A stretch of DNA of 33,382 nt from Octopus bimaculoides. Its lineage: Eukaryota. The DNA lies in NCBI RefSeq assembly GCF_001194135.2, contig NC_068987.1, positions 99,199,636 to 99,233,017 on the forward strand, written 5' to 3'. The position numbers and the translations under genes are program-made. Positions 12,249 to 23,869 of this stretch are shown in pieces. Under the pieces are notes generated by a model. That model worked only from the letters and a program-made list of their open reading frames with translations, ran no database searches and was not told the DNA's origin. The first letter of the stretch is position 1, and each line of letters starts with the position of its first letter.

Positions 12249-13179
12249 NNNNNNNNNNNNNNNNNNNNNNNNNNNNNNNNNNNNNNNNNNNNNNNNNNNN
12301 NNNNNNNNNNNNNNNNNNNNNNNNNNNNNNNNNNNNNNNNNNNNNNNNTCTATCTATCTATCTATTTATCTATCTATCTATATATCTATCTATCTATCAG
12401 TTTATCAATCTAAACACCTATATTCAGACATGAGTATGTGTCTGTGAATCTGAGACTCTGTTTGTGAATATATGTCTGCACCTACGTGTGTGTCCATGCG
12501 GGTATGTTTATGATAGAGTGTTATACACTTTGTTATATACGCACTTTAGCTTACATCAATGCCTGTATTAGAACACGAGTTCTTACCGCAATCATATACA
12601 ATCACGCTCACTCTCCATTCGTTTACTTCACTCTTCCTCCTCGTAATATCTTTTCATTAATTTCTCTTCTGTTTATCACTGTTTCCTTCCTAGATAAAGG
12701 AAAATTACACGTTTGTCTTCAATATCATTTATATTTTTCCCTGTAATTATGATACTGTTAATTATGTGTCATTAGGAAACTCCCATGACCTTTCTCTATT
12801 GTTACAGAACCAACCCCTGTATCAATCTAATATATCACGATGTCGTTATTAGTGAGGAACATAGCTGTATTTTCAATGAGATCAATTATAAAGTCAAAAC
12901 GGCAATAATTTTCTATTAATTAAGCACTTCTCCGTTTATTGTTTCAGAGATAAAGCATGGAGCATGCGACGTAGCAGACAATACATTAGGTCCTATGAAA
13001 CAAACTAGCAGATCAACATGCAGACATATACATCTAGAGAAGTAAAGTGATGACTGTGCGGTTCAGTAGTTTTAACAATGCATTATAATTAGAAGGAGGC
13101 TCATAATTCATATTTGCGAATTGGGCCTTCTAACATGCACGAATATACATACATGTAGACATTTACACATATACAATCG

Positions 13180-13230
<51 letters not shown>

Positions 13231-13244
13231 TCATCTATCTATGC

Positions 13245-13757
13245 AAGTATCACCTGAAGAGGAAGGTGAGAGTAGAAAGGGAAGTCTTGTCTAGTGAATG
13301 CTTAAAAAAAAAGATGGGTGAATGTAGCAAGGATGGCACGTGTGAACAACGGAGCCATCTTGAGCATAACCCTATGAACTAGAAAAAAAATCCAAGAAAA
13401 AAAAATGAAACAAAAAGGCAAAAGAGAGTCACTTACTGTTATAGTTTCTTCAATGAGAATATTGACCAAGGTTACCGTGGTCTTTTCCCTAGGCTTTTCT
13501 TTCCACGGCTAAACCTAAACTGTCCTCCCCTCTTTTTACACGAGAACATTACTGTGTGATACACGATCCCTATTGATCGCTCTTTTTTTTTCTTTTTTTT
13601 CTCTCGATCCCTTTTGATCGAACTCTCCCCTTTTTCCCTTTCTACGATCCCTTTTGATCGACGCACCCCATTTTTTCATCCCCCCTCCCAAAAAGAAAAG
13701 CTCTACATTGTATTTGTCCCATCTTCGTTGAGCCCTGTGTGGCTAATAAAAGAAATG
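13245..13757 (+). mobile_element. 5'-truncated LINE 3' end (probably L1/Tx1-like), flanked on both sides by (ATCT)n
   Basis: Residual coding frame KYHLKRKVRVEREVLSSECL(fs)KKRWVNVARMARVNNGAILSITL* (13245 to ~13377; one extra A in a poly-A run), then a 3' UTR, AATAAA at 13745-13750 and an (ATCT)n tail (13759-13796). (ATCT)n also lies upstream (13181-13242). Clade assignment is inferred from recalled ORF2 C-termini. Confidence 0.65.
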
Positions 13758-14110
13758 TATCTAATTATCTATCTATCTAGCTAGCTATCTATCTATTTAT
13801 GTAATTCTTGACCAATTTATGGATGTAAACATGAATGCTATCACCCATTCTCTCTCTTTCTCTCCCACCTTCATTATATACTTGTCTTTTATCTTAGCTG
13901 TTTTCATTCACTGGATTTGAGTAGTTGAAGATGATAAAGTGACACCTGTACTTACTATGTGTAGTTTTCTTTCACCGAACCGCTAGTCTACGGAGATGTA
14001 GGCAAAACAATATAAACAACATCAAGAGAAACGACAGTGGCAGAGAAATACATACATCCAAACACAAATGCATACATGCCAGTATACATACATACATACA
14101 TACATACATA

Positions 14111-14437
14111 GACGCAACCCCCATGATTAATATGTGTGGAGTATAGTTGAGTGAGAAATCAACAAAACATCTTAAAATGCCAAAGATGACTGAAGCCTGG
14201 TTTATGGCAGCATTCACCAACTTAAACAAGGAGACCGTCCAGAAGTGTTGAACGAGATTTCGAAGTCGTCTGGAGGCCGTAGTTGAAGCCAATGGCGATT
14301 TTACTGAACAAATTTCCTCTTTAGTATATCAAGATATTTTTTTTATATAATTTTGGCAAATCTATCTGTTAAAATGAGATGTCTGTTATTTTCATTTTTG
14401 TTTAATTGAGAGAGCAGTTTATTCACCATCCCCTCTA
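14111..14437 (+). mobile_element. Tc1/mariner-superfamily transposon 3' relic (transposase C-terminus and 3' end)
   Basis: Frameshifted translation RNPHD*YVWSIVE*EINKTS...AWFMAAFTNLNKETVQKC*TRFRSRLEAVVEANGDF. This matches the SPDLNP(L/I)D/E-xxW motif and the terminal 'L.AV..A.G' motif of Tc1/mariner transposases. Confidence 0.75.
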
Positions 14438-14525
14438 TGTGTGTGTATGTGTGTGTGTGTGTATTTGTGAGTGTGTGTGTGTATGTGTGTGTTTGTGCGT
14501 GTATGTGTGTGTATGTGTGTGCGTA
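14438..14525. repeat. Imperfect (TG)n microsatellite
   Basis: Directly visible. Confidence 0.93.
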
Positions 14526-15182
14526 CATGCGCGAGCATGTGTACAAGACCAGCAGTATTTCATCCCCACATATCACATTTCCCACAGATAATTTCAAATC
14601 CGCTTAATTAACGTCGATTATGCAAATTGGCAGAGCCGAAATAATGTTCCAATGCATAATTTTCTCTGGTTCTCTCCAAATTACTGAAAGGCCAACTTAT
14701 TGTTTCGAGTTTGATAAATAAAGCAGTCTTCAATTGCATTGTTCTTTATTTCCCCTTTCTCTTTATTTCTTTCTAACGATGGTGAAAGTAAACAAAAGGA
14801 CACTTAGAAGAATTACGGAAGAATCACATAGTTCTTACGACGAAAATCATTAAGCCTCAATCATCGAATTAATAACGCATCTTTCATTTTCATAATCTGA
14901 GAGATAATAGTCTGTTGCCATTTGATATAGTAAAATATATAATGTAAATTCGATGCACATTGTGAGAAGCACAATAATTGCATCTTATAGATTAACAGTT
15001 AAGATTTTTTAACGTAAATTATGCGACATTTACGACCACTCATAAAGAGGAGTCACAGAGAAACTGCCCATCTGTTCTCTTTATATGTCTAGGTCTCGTA
15101 AATGTCACTTAGAATTTACTCGGAATATTTTAACCGGCAACTATGTTTATACACATAGACATATACGCGCGCACGCACGTAC

Positions 15183-15440
15183 ACGCGATCGGATCATAAG
15201 TGTCCGGTTATGTTACGATAGAAACGATGTTGAAGCATGCAGCTGAAGCCTGTTAGCAAAGATCGACCTCAAACTCTGTTGTGCATACGCACTTCTGTGC
15301 ATGTGCTTTAAGTTTTAACTTTCCAGCTCACTTCCACTGGAAGGAAAGTGTGTAGCGTGTGTTCGTCGCTTTGACCATGACAAAAAAAAGCTAAGCAGAG
15401 AATCTGCATCAAATTTCGCCAAAAGCATGGCAATATCTGC
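15183..15440 (+). mobile_element. Mariner transposon 5' relic (TIR-like end, leader, transposase N-terminus)
   Basis: ATG at 15377, then frameshifted (K)QRICIKFRQKHG, matching the mariner N-terminal EQRxCIKFCxKLG. Sequence at 15183-15208 (acgcgatcggatcataagtgtccgg) resembles mariner TIRs (recall). Confidence 0.65.
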
Positions 15441-15738
15441 CCAAAGTTTTCATCGTTCACGACACAATCAAAGTGTCTTTTGGGTGAGCTGAAAGCAGTT
15501 TTGGCACAAACTTGGCTGACACGCGTCTCACACCCAAATCTTCAGTGATAATGGACTGAACTGAACCGTAACTAATCTGCACATCCTCTGATAACTCACG
15601 AATGGTAATTCAACGATTTCCCCTCACAGCTGCACGCACATCTGCGATGTTTTGCTCAGTTCTACTACTTGCGTGCCTGTCTCCCAGAACGTTCGTCAAT
15701 ATCGACATTTTATCGGCCATCTTGGAAATATCTGAACT
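15441..15738 (-). mobile_element. Mariner transposase internal fragment, inverted relative to the adjacent 5' piece
   Basis: Minus translation FRYFQDGR*NVDIDERSGR..(fs)SRTEQNIADVRAAVRGNR*ITIRELSEDVQISYGSVQSIITEDLGVRRVSAKFVPKLLS covers the HTH region and the WVPHEL-equivalent linker (FVPKLL) of mariner transposases. Confidence 0.85.
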
Positions 15739-15841
15739 AGATGGGAGGTAGATGAGGGGGGGGGATTATAGAAAGGTAAAGGAACGTGAAATAAGAGAGA
15801 TTGTCGCATAAATCATAAATGTATCACAGAACGATAAGGTA

Positions 15842-16300
15842 AATATTGAAGGCAAATCTCGGGGTGATCACAGCAAAGCAGTCAACACGTGAGCAATGTC
15901 TGTGTCAAGTAGTCTCTCCCGTATCTCAACTGGACCAACACAGAACTGTAAGAAACTGGATACAGAGAATAAGGTTTTACTCAAAATGCATAACTTACTC
16001 CTTAAAATTAATAGTGATAGGTTCTACTAAAAAGGTATCCGCTAAAGGGAGTAATCAAATATTCGTTAATGCAGAAGTGACCATCTATGCAGTGATTCTA
16101 GGTTTAAAGAACTACGCTGGGAATAATGAAGGAAGAAAAACTGCGACCAGAAATATGGAATTAACAGAATGCGTAAGAGTGTTCAAGAGTTGCAACGAAG
16201 ACAACGGGACGAACAATTGGAGAAAGGATGAAGTATACGGACAACACATATACTAAACCGATGATGCTGAAAGCGAATAACGCTGGTTGTCATTAAGAGA
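15842..16300 (+). mobile_element. Old R4/Dong-like LINE fragment (post-RT region)
   Basis: Multi-frame remnants KSRGDHSKAVNT*AMSV, LLKMHNLL.LKINSDRFY*K and WRKDEVYGQHIY. These are collinear with the SKL..GN..KAINTWA, MH...HP..D.DRLY and W..K..HGQ motifs also seen in the better-preserved copies at 26.2 and 28.8-29.4 kb. Confidence 0.45.
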
Positions 16301-16933
16301 TGTGTCACAGAGACGAGAAAATGAATCAGTGATTAATTAACCGCTTAAGAAGAAAGAATTTCATACAGACGAAGATACGTAATACTCAGTTACAGAGTAA
16401 ACGCAGAAAAAATGGGGAAAATTGCTAAAAGTATTTATCAACATCTAACTTAATGCAGCACATAAATTATATTAACATAACCAGCCTATGCATAAGCTGG
16501 TATAACTGGCATTGCTGCAAATAACAATCCAGGACCAACAATGCTAATAGTTGAAATTTAGAAGAAATGTAATTTCAGAACGGTATGAAATCATTAAGTT
16601 ACATTTTTGGATAAATGTATGCCTTCGCTGCGCTACACACAACTAGGCAGTGTAGTAGAAACTTGTATAAAGTCTTGAAACAGAGAGATAATTATATTGT
16701 TAAAAATCTAACGGATTACACTTATTGAAGCGTAGAATTACAGATACTTTTAATGGAGGTGTCGACCGTTCTATTTGTAATCATTTGTGAAGTTATACGC
16801 AACGATTTCTATAAAAACATTTACAAATCAACAACAACAATAAAATATAGACAAGTGCAAGTTTTAGAGAATATCGCAAAATTTTGTTATGGGTAAGTAG
16901 TATGTGAAAAAGAAAGAAGAAAGTATTTCTATG

Positions 16934-17066
16934 ATACGTGCATTGAGAATAATTGAAGTACTTACCTATAAATGCGCCGGCCAAATGCCAGCTCTTACAA
17001 TATGCACAACTTACAGAATATAGCTCGGCCAGGCACCGCGCATATGCTACGTAGAGTGTTGTTGCA
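16934..17066 (+). mobile_element. Old R4/Dong-like LINE C-terminal fragment
   Basis: IRALRII...MHNLQNIARPGTAHMLRRVLL is similar to VGALGTI...IYNIQKIALLGTAHILRKTL of the copies at 25.8-33.4 kb. Confidence 0.45.
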
Positions 17067-19788
17067 ACAACAGAAAAAAACAAAATACAAAATCAAATAC
17101 TGTATATTGCCAAAGCGAACTGAAAGTACGCTTTAACAAAGGTAAATAAATGAGTTGTGTATGAACACAATAAATACATATGACAACTGAAGAAAACAAA
17201 TAAAATGAATATAAAAAAAACGTAGCAATAATCATGAAGGCACAGAGAATAAAAGAGGAAAGAGAATAAAAAAAAATATCTGAATCTTTAATGAAATAAA
17301 TGACGAAACCCTCAACTGTTAAAAGAAGGTAAAAAATGGTGGTGAAACGTCCATTGCTGAAGTCGAACAAGGCACACAGATATAGAGAAAAATCAAAGAA
17401 GTTTTTAAAAAAATATACTGACATGTTGGTCATATTGCAAGGTTTTTTACCGATATGAAAAGCGACATCAATATTTTTTTACCAAACAAACAGCTCGGCT
17501 GCCACCAAATCGATATTTTTAAGAAATAAAAATGAATACAGAACCGACGACATCTTACATAGAAAAAATAAAGAGAAAGATATATGGAGAACGAAGGAAG
17601 AAATTGTTCAAAACAAGAAACATAACATAGGAACAAACATCTAATGCAATAACCACGGCATTGTCAAGAAGAAAGGACTGGATCACATCCGAAAATTATA
17701 AGGTCCCCAGGTATTGAGACATATATGGAGCAAACAGAGATGTTTTGTAAGAGACGCTAATACATAAAACACAAGACTGAGAAAAACGTAAAAAAATTAT
17801 ATTTATTTCTAGGAATAAAAGTTGGCAAAAAAAAAATCCGTTTCGAGAAACAAATAACTGTGAACTTTTATATGATTTCAAATATCGACAATGATATACC
17901 TAAGTTAAATCAGTAGGAGTGGCATGGCGAGTTTGAGAATGGGATATATATGCTGATTTGTGTCTATATTGCCAACGTTGTGTTTCTTGGATCTCAAATG
18001 ATGATTTATTGCAGTAAAAAAAGGAAAGATTCTCAATATACAAATAAACAAACAAACAAATAAATAAAAGTATTTCCAGAAGCGCATTTTCTAACGATTC
18101 AGTTAGAAATCTGTATATTGTCTGCAGTAATGTTTGCAAGTTTTGCAAACGGAGGTATTGGATGCTATAAATGAAAGGGAAAGCTTTGCAGTGTTTTAGG
18201 TTTCAGAATTTGGTATCTGTTGCAATGTATGCTGTGTCGGTATTTTCTGAAATAAAATTCCGCCAGATGCTTATTGAGTTTCTTGCAACTTCCCGAACTA
18301 TGCTCCATGTATACAAAGCCACGTAGAGCTTTGAAACTAGGTAGATTGTTAAACTGCTTTCACCAAATAAAAAGGGAATAACATCAGGACTACATTCGTC
18401 AAATGTTAAACAGTACTGCAGTGTTATCACAATGATCACACATATGTACGTATGTTTTGTTTACTAACATATATTTAATTACTTTTTATTTTATAGTGTA
18501 GAGATAGCTGCCGACATATATAGGTGGACACATACATACAATAAATATATGCACAGATCGACAGGCAAGCGCATACACACACATGGTCGTGTGCATGCAC
18601 ACATGTATATGTATATACATATATAGCAACATTCGTTTCTTCATATTTATATAACTATAGGCGCATGTTTATATGTATGCATATGCAACATCACAAAAAT
18701 CAATTCTTTTGTTTAAAAGAACACAATGTCTGGTGACAATAGCAACAATCATAAAATATTATCAATAGACGGACGAGTGCCACAAGTAGTGGAAGAAAAA
18801 GAGTGAAATATAAAATAGAAATAAGGAACAACAATTGCAAGTATGTTAAATCAATCACTAAATCTATAAACAAATTCAGATGTTCAAAAACTTTTGTTTT
18901 GCTTTCCTGTATTTTGGTTATTATCAAACAAGCAGTGGAGCCATTCAGTTTCTATTTTTGTTCTCATACTCTCCTCCTCGAAGGTATATAATGCAATATA
19001 ACACTATCAGATCAGTCTGTTGTTTTACAGTTCTCGTTCACAAATATTAAATTCTTGGAGAGCAAAGTTATGTTCCTAGTCTCCATCTGATTTGTTGACT
19101 GTAAATCTTCGTAATATTTCTTTTAGATATATGTTTGTTTACGTTGCTGTTATTTTCAACATTTTCCTCGCGTCAAGAACTATCGACAAATCCAGTAGTT
19201 GGTTTGCCTAGGAAGATACCTTACAAGTCCAAGATAAGACCTGTAGGTATTTCCTCCGCTATAGGTGGAAGTGGTCCAATATCAGCTGGTCGTACGTGGC
19301 ACGCACTCATTATGTACCTGTACAATAAGTACGCCTGAGGTTACATCGTGCATCTGTCAACACTTGCGGATATATTTTAGCTATCAGCTGTGTGTATCAG
19401 GAAAATCAAATCGTCGTCAATTCTCAAAGATGTGGGTCAAGATTACCCTTTTACGGTGCCGATAACAAAGCACGAGGTACAGAGGACACTGTTAAAAGTA
19501 GGAACGCGAGAGCTTTACAGGCAGGGTGTAGCCCTCGACAACATTTGGTAGCGCACGAAGAGGAGCGTGAGGATAGAAACTGATGTGCAACCAGTCAAGT
19601 TTTGAAGAATTGGTTTACATTAGTGAATTTGGTGTCGCTATTTGAGTGCAAGCTGGCGATTAGGAGAGGAAAATGTATTTGAATACTAGTAATATATAAT
19701 AGTTTAGGCTTATTGGTCACTACATCCGCATTATTTGCAAATCGTATAAAAACGAAGTGTAAAAAAGTACAAAAAAATTATTGGGTTC

Positions 19789-19789
19789 A

Positions 19790-19821
<32 letters not shown>
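19789..19821. repeat. (CTA)n microsatellite
   Basis: Directly visible. Confidence 0.95.
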
Positions 19822-20815
19822 GTAAGTGTTATCGATACTATATATAAAACAGAGATGTGTGTGTAATCGCTTTTCACGTGAAATCGACTTCACCAAACGC
19901 TTCCATACTTGTGATGCATTAATAATTTGACCTCGAATAAATGTTAGGCTCTTCATTTGATTATTTTAATTAAACATAAATAATATTGCTTTATATTTAA
20001 GATTCACTTCTTTAAAAAGGTTCCTCAATGTCAACTCCCGGTATTGACGTAACACGGCAAAAAGCTTCACTCTCTATTTTGTGTGTGAGTGTGTATGAAA
20101 GAGAGAGAGAGAGAGTAAATACTACATACACACCGCTCTCTCGCTCTGTCTCACACACATACACACGCACACAACCCTTGACTCACTCACACTCTGTCTC
20201 TTACAAACACACACATACATAAATGTATACAAACATATTTACAAAGACACGTGTGTATGTGCGCGTGCGTGAGTGCGTGCGTGGAGGGTTCCACAATTGA
20301 CATTTATTTCAATTACTCTTGTGAGGATATTCACGTAAATCATGTTTTTCATTTAATCCCCATTTTAATTTTCGTAAAAGTTTCCAAGTACCAATGAGGC
20401 TTTTTGGCACATCTTCAATTTTCCCCANNNNNNNNNNNNNNNNNNNNNNNNNNNNNNNNNNNNNNNNNNNNNNNNNNNNNNNNNNNNNNNNNNNNNNNNN
20501 NNNNNNNNNNNNNNNNNNNNNNNNNNNNNNNNNNNNNNNNNNNNNNNNNNNNNNNNNNNNNNNNNNNNNNNNNNNNNNNNNNNNNNNNNNNNNNNNNNNN
20601 NNNNNNNNNNNNNNNNNNNNNNNNNNNNNNNNNNNNNNNNNNNNNNNNNNNNNNNNNNNNNNNNNNNNNNNNNNNNNNNNNNNNNNNATGTATATATATA
20701 ATTATATATATACATATATATATATGGGAGAATATACAAAAAATAACAACAGACGAGGACAGGTGGTGTAAATGACAAAAGTATATATTAGTATGACGCT
20801 CGGGAATACGGAAAG

Positions 20816-20852
20816 TCTTTGACGTTTCGAGCTACGCTCTTCAAAAGAAAGA
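20816..20852 (-). ncRNA. Minimal hammerhead-like motif with a mutated 5' core strand
   Basis: Minus strand: tcttt cttttga a gagc-gta-gctc gaa acgt c aaaga. Stem I is 5 bp (tcttt/aaaga), stem II is GAGC/GCTC, then GAAA, a palindromic ACGT stem III and a GUC triplet. The core reads CUUUUGA instead of CUGANGA. Confidence 0.5.
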
Positions 20853-20920
20853 ATACGGAGACAAGGAGAAAAACACGGAGAAAAAAAATTGAATAGTGTT
20901 CAGTCAACGACACATATATA

Positions 20921-21149
20921 TGCATATCAAAATTAACAGAATGAGATAAAAAATCCAAGACCGTAAAGATTTCAGAACGTGTATAAATAGATTGTCTTAC
21001 AGCTGTTTTCGGGGATATTTTATATATCCTTTCATCGGAGAGGGTGTGAGAGGATGGTTAAGCAATAGTTATTCTAGATAAGATATGAAATAGAGAGTGA
21101 AGTGGAGGAATGAAAAGAGACGTGAAATATGCAGGGATATTGTGTCTTC
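20921..21149 (-). repeat. PLE pseudo-LTR, 3' copy (direct repeat of 23870-24100)
   Basis: Collinear with 23870-24100; for example atggttaagcaatagttattctagataagatatgaaatagagagt is identical in both. Confidence 0.93.
20994..21042 (-). ncRNA. Minimal type I hammerhead ribozyme-like motif in the pLTR
   Basis: Minus: ctct CCGATGA aa ggatat-ataaa-atatcc cc GAAA acagctgt A agac. Core is CUGAUGA with U4>C; 6-bp stem II; palindromic ACAGCUGU stem III; GUA cleavage triplet; short stem I. Confidence 0.7.
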
Positions 21150-21814
21150 AGTTCCATTATTTCGGCAGAATGGTATACATAGAAGATTCCTGTACATTGA
21201 GATTATGTTCCAATAGTATTTAAAATTGTTCATTTCAATCTAAGCGTAGAGTTTGTTGACGGTGTTATTCAGTCGAGCGTTTTTTTTGTTTTTTTTTTGA
21301 AGTGACTTAAAATTTGGAAATGTGTTTGTAAGGTCACATCATAAATAGGAAGAGAAGAAAAACGAAAGGAAAATGAACAAAAAGAAAGGCGGGGAGAGAG
21401 ATCATAGAGAAATGAAGAACGGGAAAGTGTACTGGTTAGTGGTCAGTCAGAATATATTGATAGAAGGAATGCGGAGGTGAGGGTGATAGAGAGAGAAAGA
21501 TATGAGTATATAAAGAGATGAGAGTTTAAAAAGTAAAGGAGTGTCAAGTATGTTGTGACAGAGCCTAAGTGAGGGGAGGAGCGAGGGGGTAGGGGTAGTG
21601 AAATGGTGGAATGAAAAATATGGGAATATAGGTTAGGTTACTTAGAAGACAGGTCAGTGCTTAGTAGTAGAAGAATATATATACAAGTAAAGATGTATAC
21701 ATATGCAATATTCTAAACCTGTACATAGATATTTATACACATCAATACCTATATATACAACATATACGGGTATCTGTATGTATTACCACCCCTCCACACC
21801 CAGGTATATATAGC

Positions 21815-21815
<1 letters not shown>

Positions 21816-21895
<80 letters not shown>

Positions 21896-21960
21896 CACAC
21901 ACACGTACACACACACACACATACACACGCACACACATGCACGCACACATACACACACGT
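21816..21960. repeat. (CA)n microsatellite inside the presumed PLE 3' UTR
   Basis: Directly visible. Confidence 0.97.
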
Positions 21961-22116
21961 GCATACGTACGCACGCATATACATACAAATACAATTAAAT
22001 GGTTCTGATATTCAAGTCTGAAAGAGGAATTGGATATGGATTAGGAGTTAAAATGTAAATTAATGAGCTTATTGGGATTACCTAAGCGGTATTATGGAAA
22101 CATACTGTATGGTCAT

Positions 22117-22540
22117 TTAGGTATTTGGATATATGGTAGATTTTGAATGTCTGGAAAAAAAACGGTGGTTGCATGTGCTTAGTGCCTCATTATGTTTATT
22201 TATCAGTGTTGGAGAGTTGTGCTTTAATATGTGAAGCACCTCGTTCAGACAAAGCATGCAGTAGGGAAGCCCTGAATCCAGTATGGACCTTGATAAAGTA
22301 TAGGGTATATTTGTATTTTTAAGATGATGTATGTGGTTGGCGAGTGTTGTAGATTTACTATGTTTATCGCATCTAAAAGAATGGATTTGAGCGGTATATC
22401 GTTGCTTACAATTTTTGGTTGATCCTATGTATATGGTTGTAGAGTTGTGTAATAGATTAAGGGCAGTGCATTTGTAAATTACATTATACTTCTGCAATGG
22501 GTTTGTAACGGGCAGATGGTTCCAGGACGGCGGCTACAAT
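22117..22540 (-). pseudogene. PLE GIY-YIG endonuclease domain with Cys-rich linker (frameshifted)
   Basis: CSRRPGTICPLQTHC (degenerate CxC-x5-CP-x4-C), a frameshift, then NVIYKC...IYIGSTKNCKQRY...HSF...STTLANHIHHLK...CMLCLNEVLHIL...LINKHNEALSTCNH. Contains the VIY/YIG strands, conserved Arg, Glu and Asn, and C-terminal CxxC and CxH. Confidence 0.88.
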
Positions 22541-22839
22541 TAGGTGAATTTTGGGGATTTTGTTCAGGGATGGAGGAGGTAATATTGTCAGATGAGAGGT
22601 TAGAGAAGGGAGTAGAAAAGTCAAAATCATTAGTATTATTGATGCTATCATTACCATCATTGTTATTATTACTATTATTGCTATTAATTGTGCTATTTGT
22701 AAGAGTGGTAGAGATTGTGGTGGCGTTCTGGGCAGTGTCAGTTGGATGGGTCGGGTTGTGATTGTGGTCTAATGTAAGGGTATCTGTGCTGGAACTGTGT
22801 GTATGTTGAGCGTTCGTATGACTAGAGTTCTAATTACGT

Positions 22840-23790
22840 GAGTTTTGATAGTAAAGAGAAAGCTTTTGCTTATTAGAGGCTGCTACAATAGATTGGAAAT
22901 TGGGTGGGGCAGAATAGGATAGTTCCAAGGTGGATCTATTAAAGATAGAATGATATTTATGAGGGAAGTTAGAGTTTAGTATTTTAAGGAAGTTTTTAGC
23001 TAAGTTCTTAACGTTAAGTGAGAATGGGGGTGTGTACCACAGAATAGAGCGTCCGCCGCTTTTTTTAAGGGTTTCTGGGAGTAGTGTTATCTATGTTTTT
23101 AGATAAAAGAGTGCTATCTATATTTTTGGAGAATGGAAGTGGGTGGAAAGGCTTGTTCTTGTTAGCTGTTTTAGTAGATTTAGTTTTCGACCTAGTGTTA
23201 AATATGTGTGTGTGTGTGTGGGGGGGGTCTAGGTTGCTTAGGTGTAAGACCTCCCAGTGTTATATCAACAAGTGTGTGTGGTTGGTTGTGATTGCGATGG
23301 CTGGTGCGTCCTTGAGATGTGATTTGAGATATATATTGTTGGAGCCTGGTGTTATAGATGTATTATATTTGTTGGGAAAACCCGCTAGCGGTAAGTGCTT
23401 GGTTGTAATATGGAGCGTGATTATTGAAAATTTCCTCAGTGGAAGAGAGGTCGGATATACGGTTGAAATGCCCTTGATTATGTTATCGAAAATGGATTTG
23501 TGGGGATTGGAGTGGATGTTAAGATATTTAAGATATTGGTTAGGTTTGTGGTAAGGGGAGTATTGGGAGGATGATAAGTTTTGTGAGAGGTTTCGAATGT
23601 GATAGACAGGTTTAGGTTAGAGAAGAATTTATGTAGATACTTTCTAGTTGTTTCTAGAAATGTATTAATGTTATTGGCAACTAGTAAGGCGTCGTCCCTC
23701 TATTGGCTCCCCTTGATGTTAGGGAAATGTATATGGAGCTGGTGAAGTATACATAATCCAACCAAGTCAATGACCTGAGCTAAATAATTG
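22840..23790 (-). pseudogene. PLE reverse transcriptase C-terminal half, thumb and spacer (stops, frameshifts, deletion)
   Basis: AQVIDLVGLCILHQL...KGSQ*RDDALLV, where the catalytic YRDD is mutated to *RDD at + 23691-23702. Then PYHKPNQYLKYLNIHSNPH, RISDLSSTEEIFNNHAPYYNQALTASGF, and SILWYTPPFSLNVK...IFNRSTLELSYS..PNFQSIVAASNK. Confidence 0.88.
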
Positions 23791-23869
23791 CAATGGACTG
23801 ACTATAGTTAAGCTCCAGGTTCGGTGGTTATGCGAATGAGGAGTCCATCGTAGGTCATATGTCAGCATG

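Noticed and set aside
12948-13040. Possible exon after the strong acceptor ttattgtttcag (EIKHGACDVADNTLG...)
   Set aside because: Weak donor, no recognisable homology, and no partner exons; the same holds for candidates at ~2230 and ~18206.
17090-17880. A-rich strand-biased tract with faint LINE-like words (IWRT..KKHN, KIIRSPGIE)
   Set aside because: Too degenerate to assign; it may be an old LINE but no motif is decisive.
19100-19620. GC-richer unique-looking segment with several short ORFs
   Set aside because: All frames are interrupted, and I recognised no protein or RNA motif on either strand.
22516-23554. Plus-strand ORFs 22516..22761 and 23084..23554
   Set aside because: Antisense shadows of the PLE ORF on the minus strand. 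The same applies to 26529..26825, 27959..28447 and 29331..29660 relative to the LINEs.
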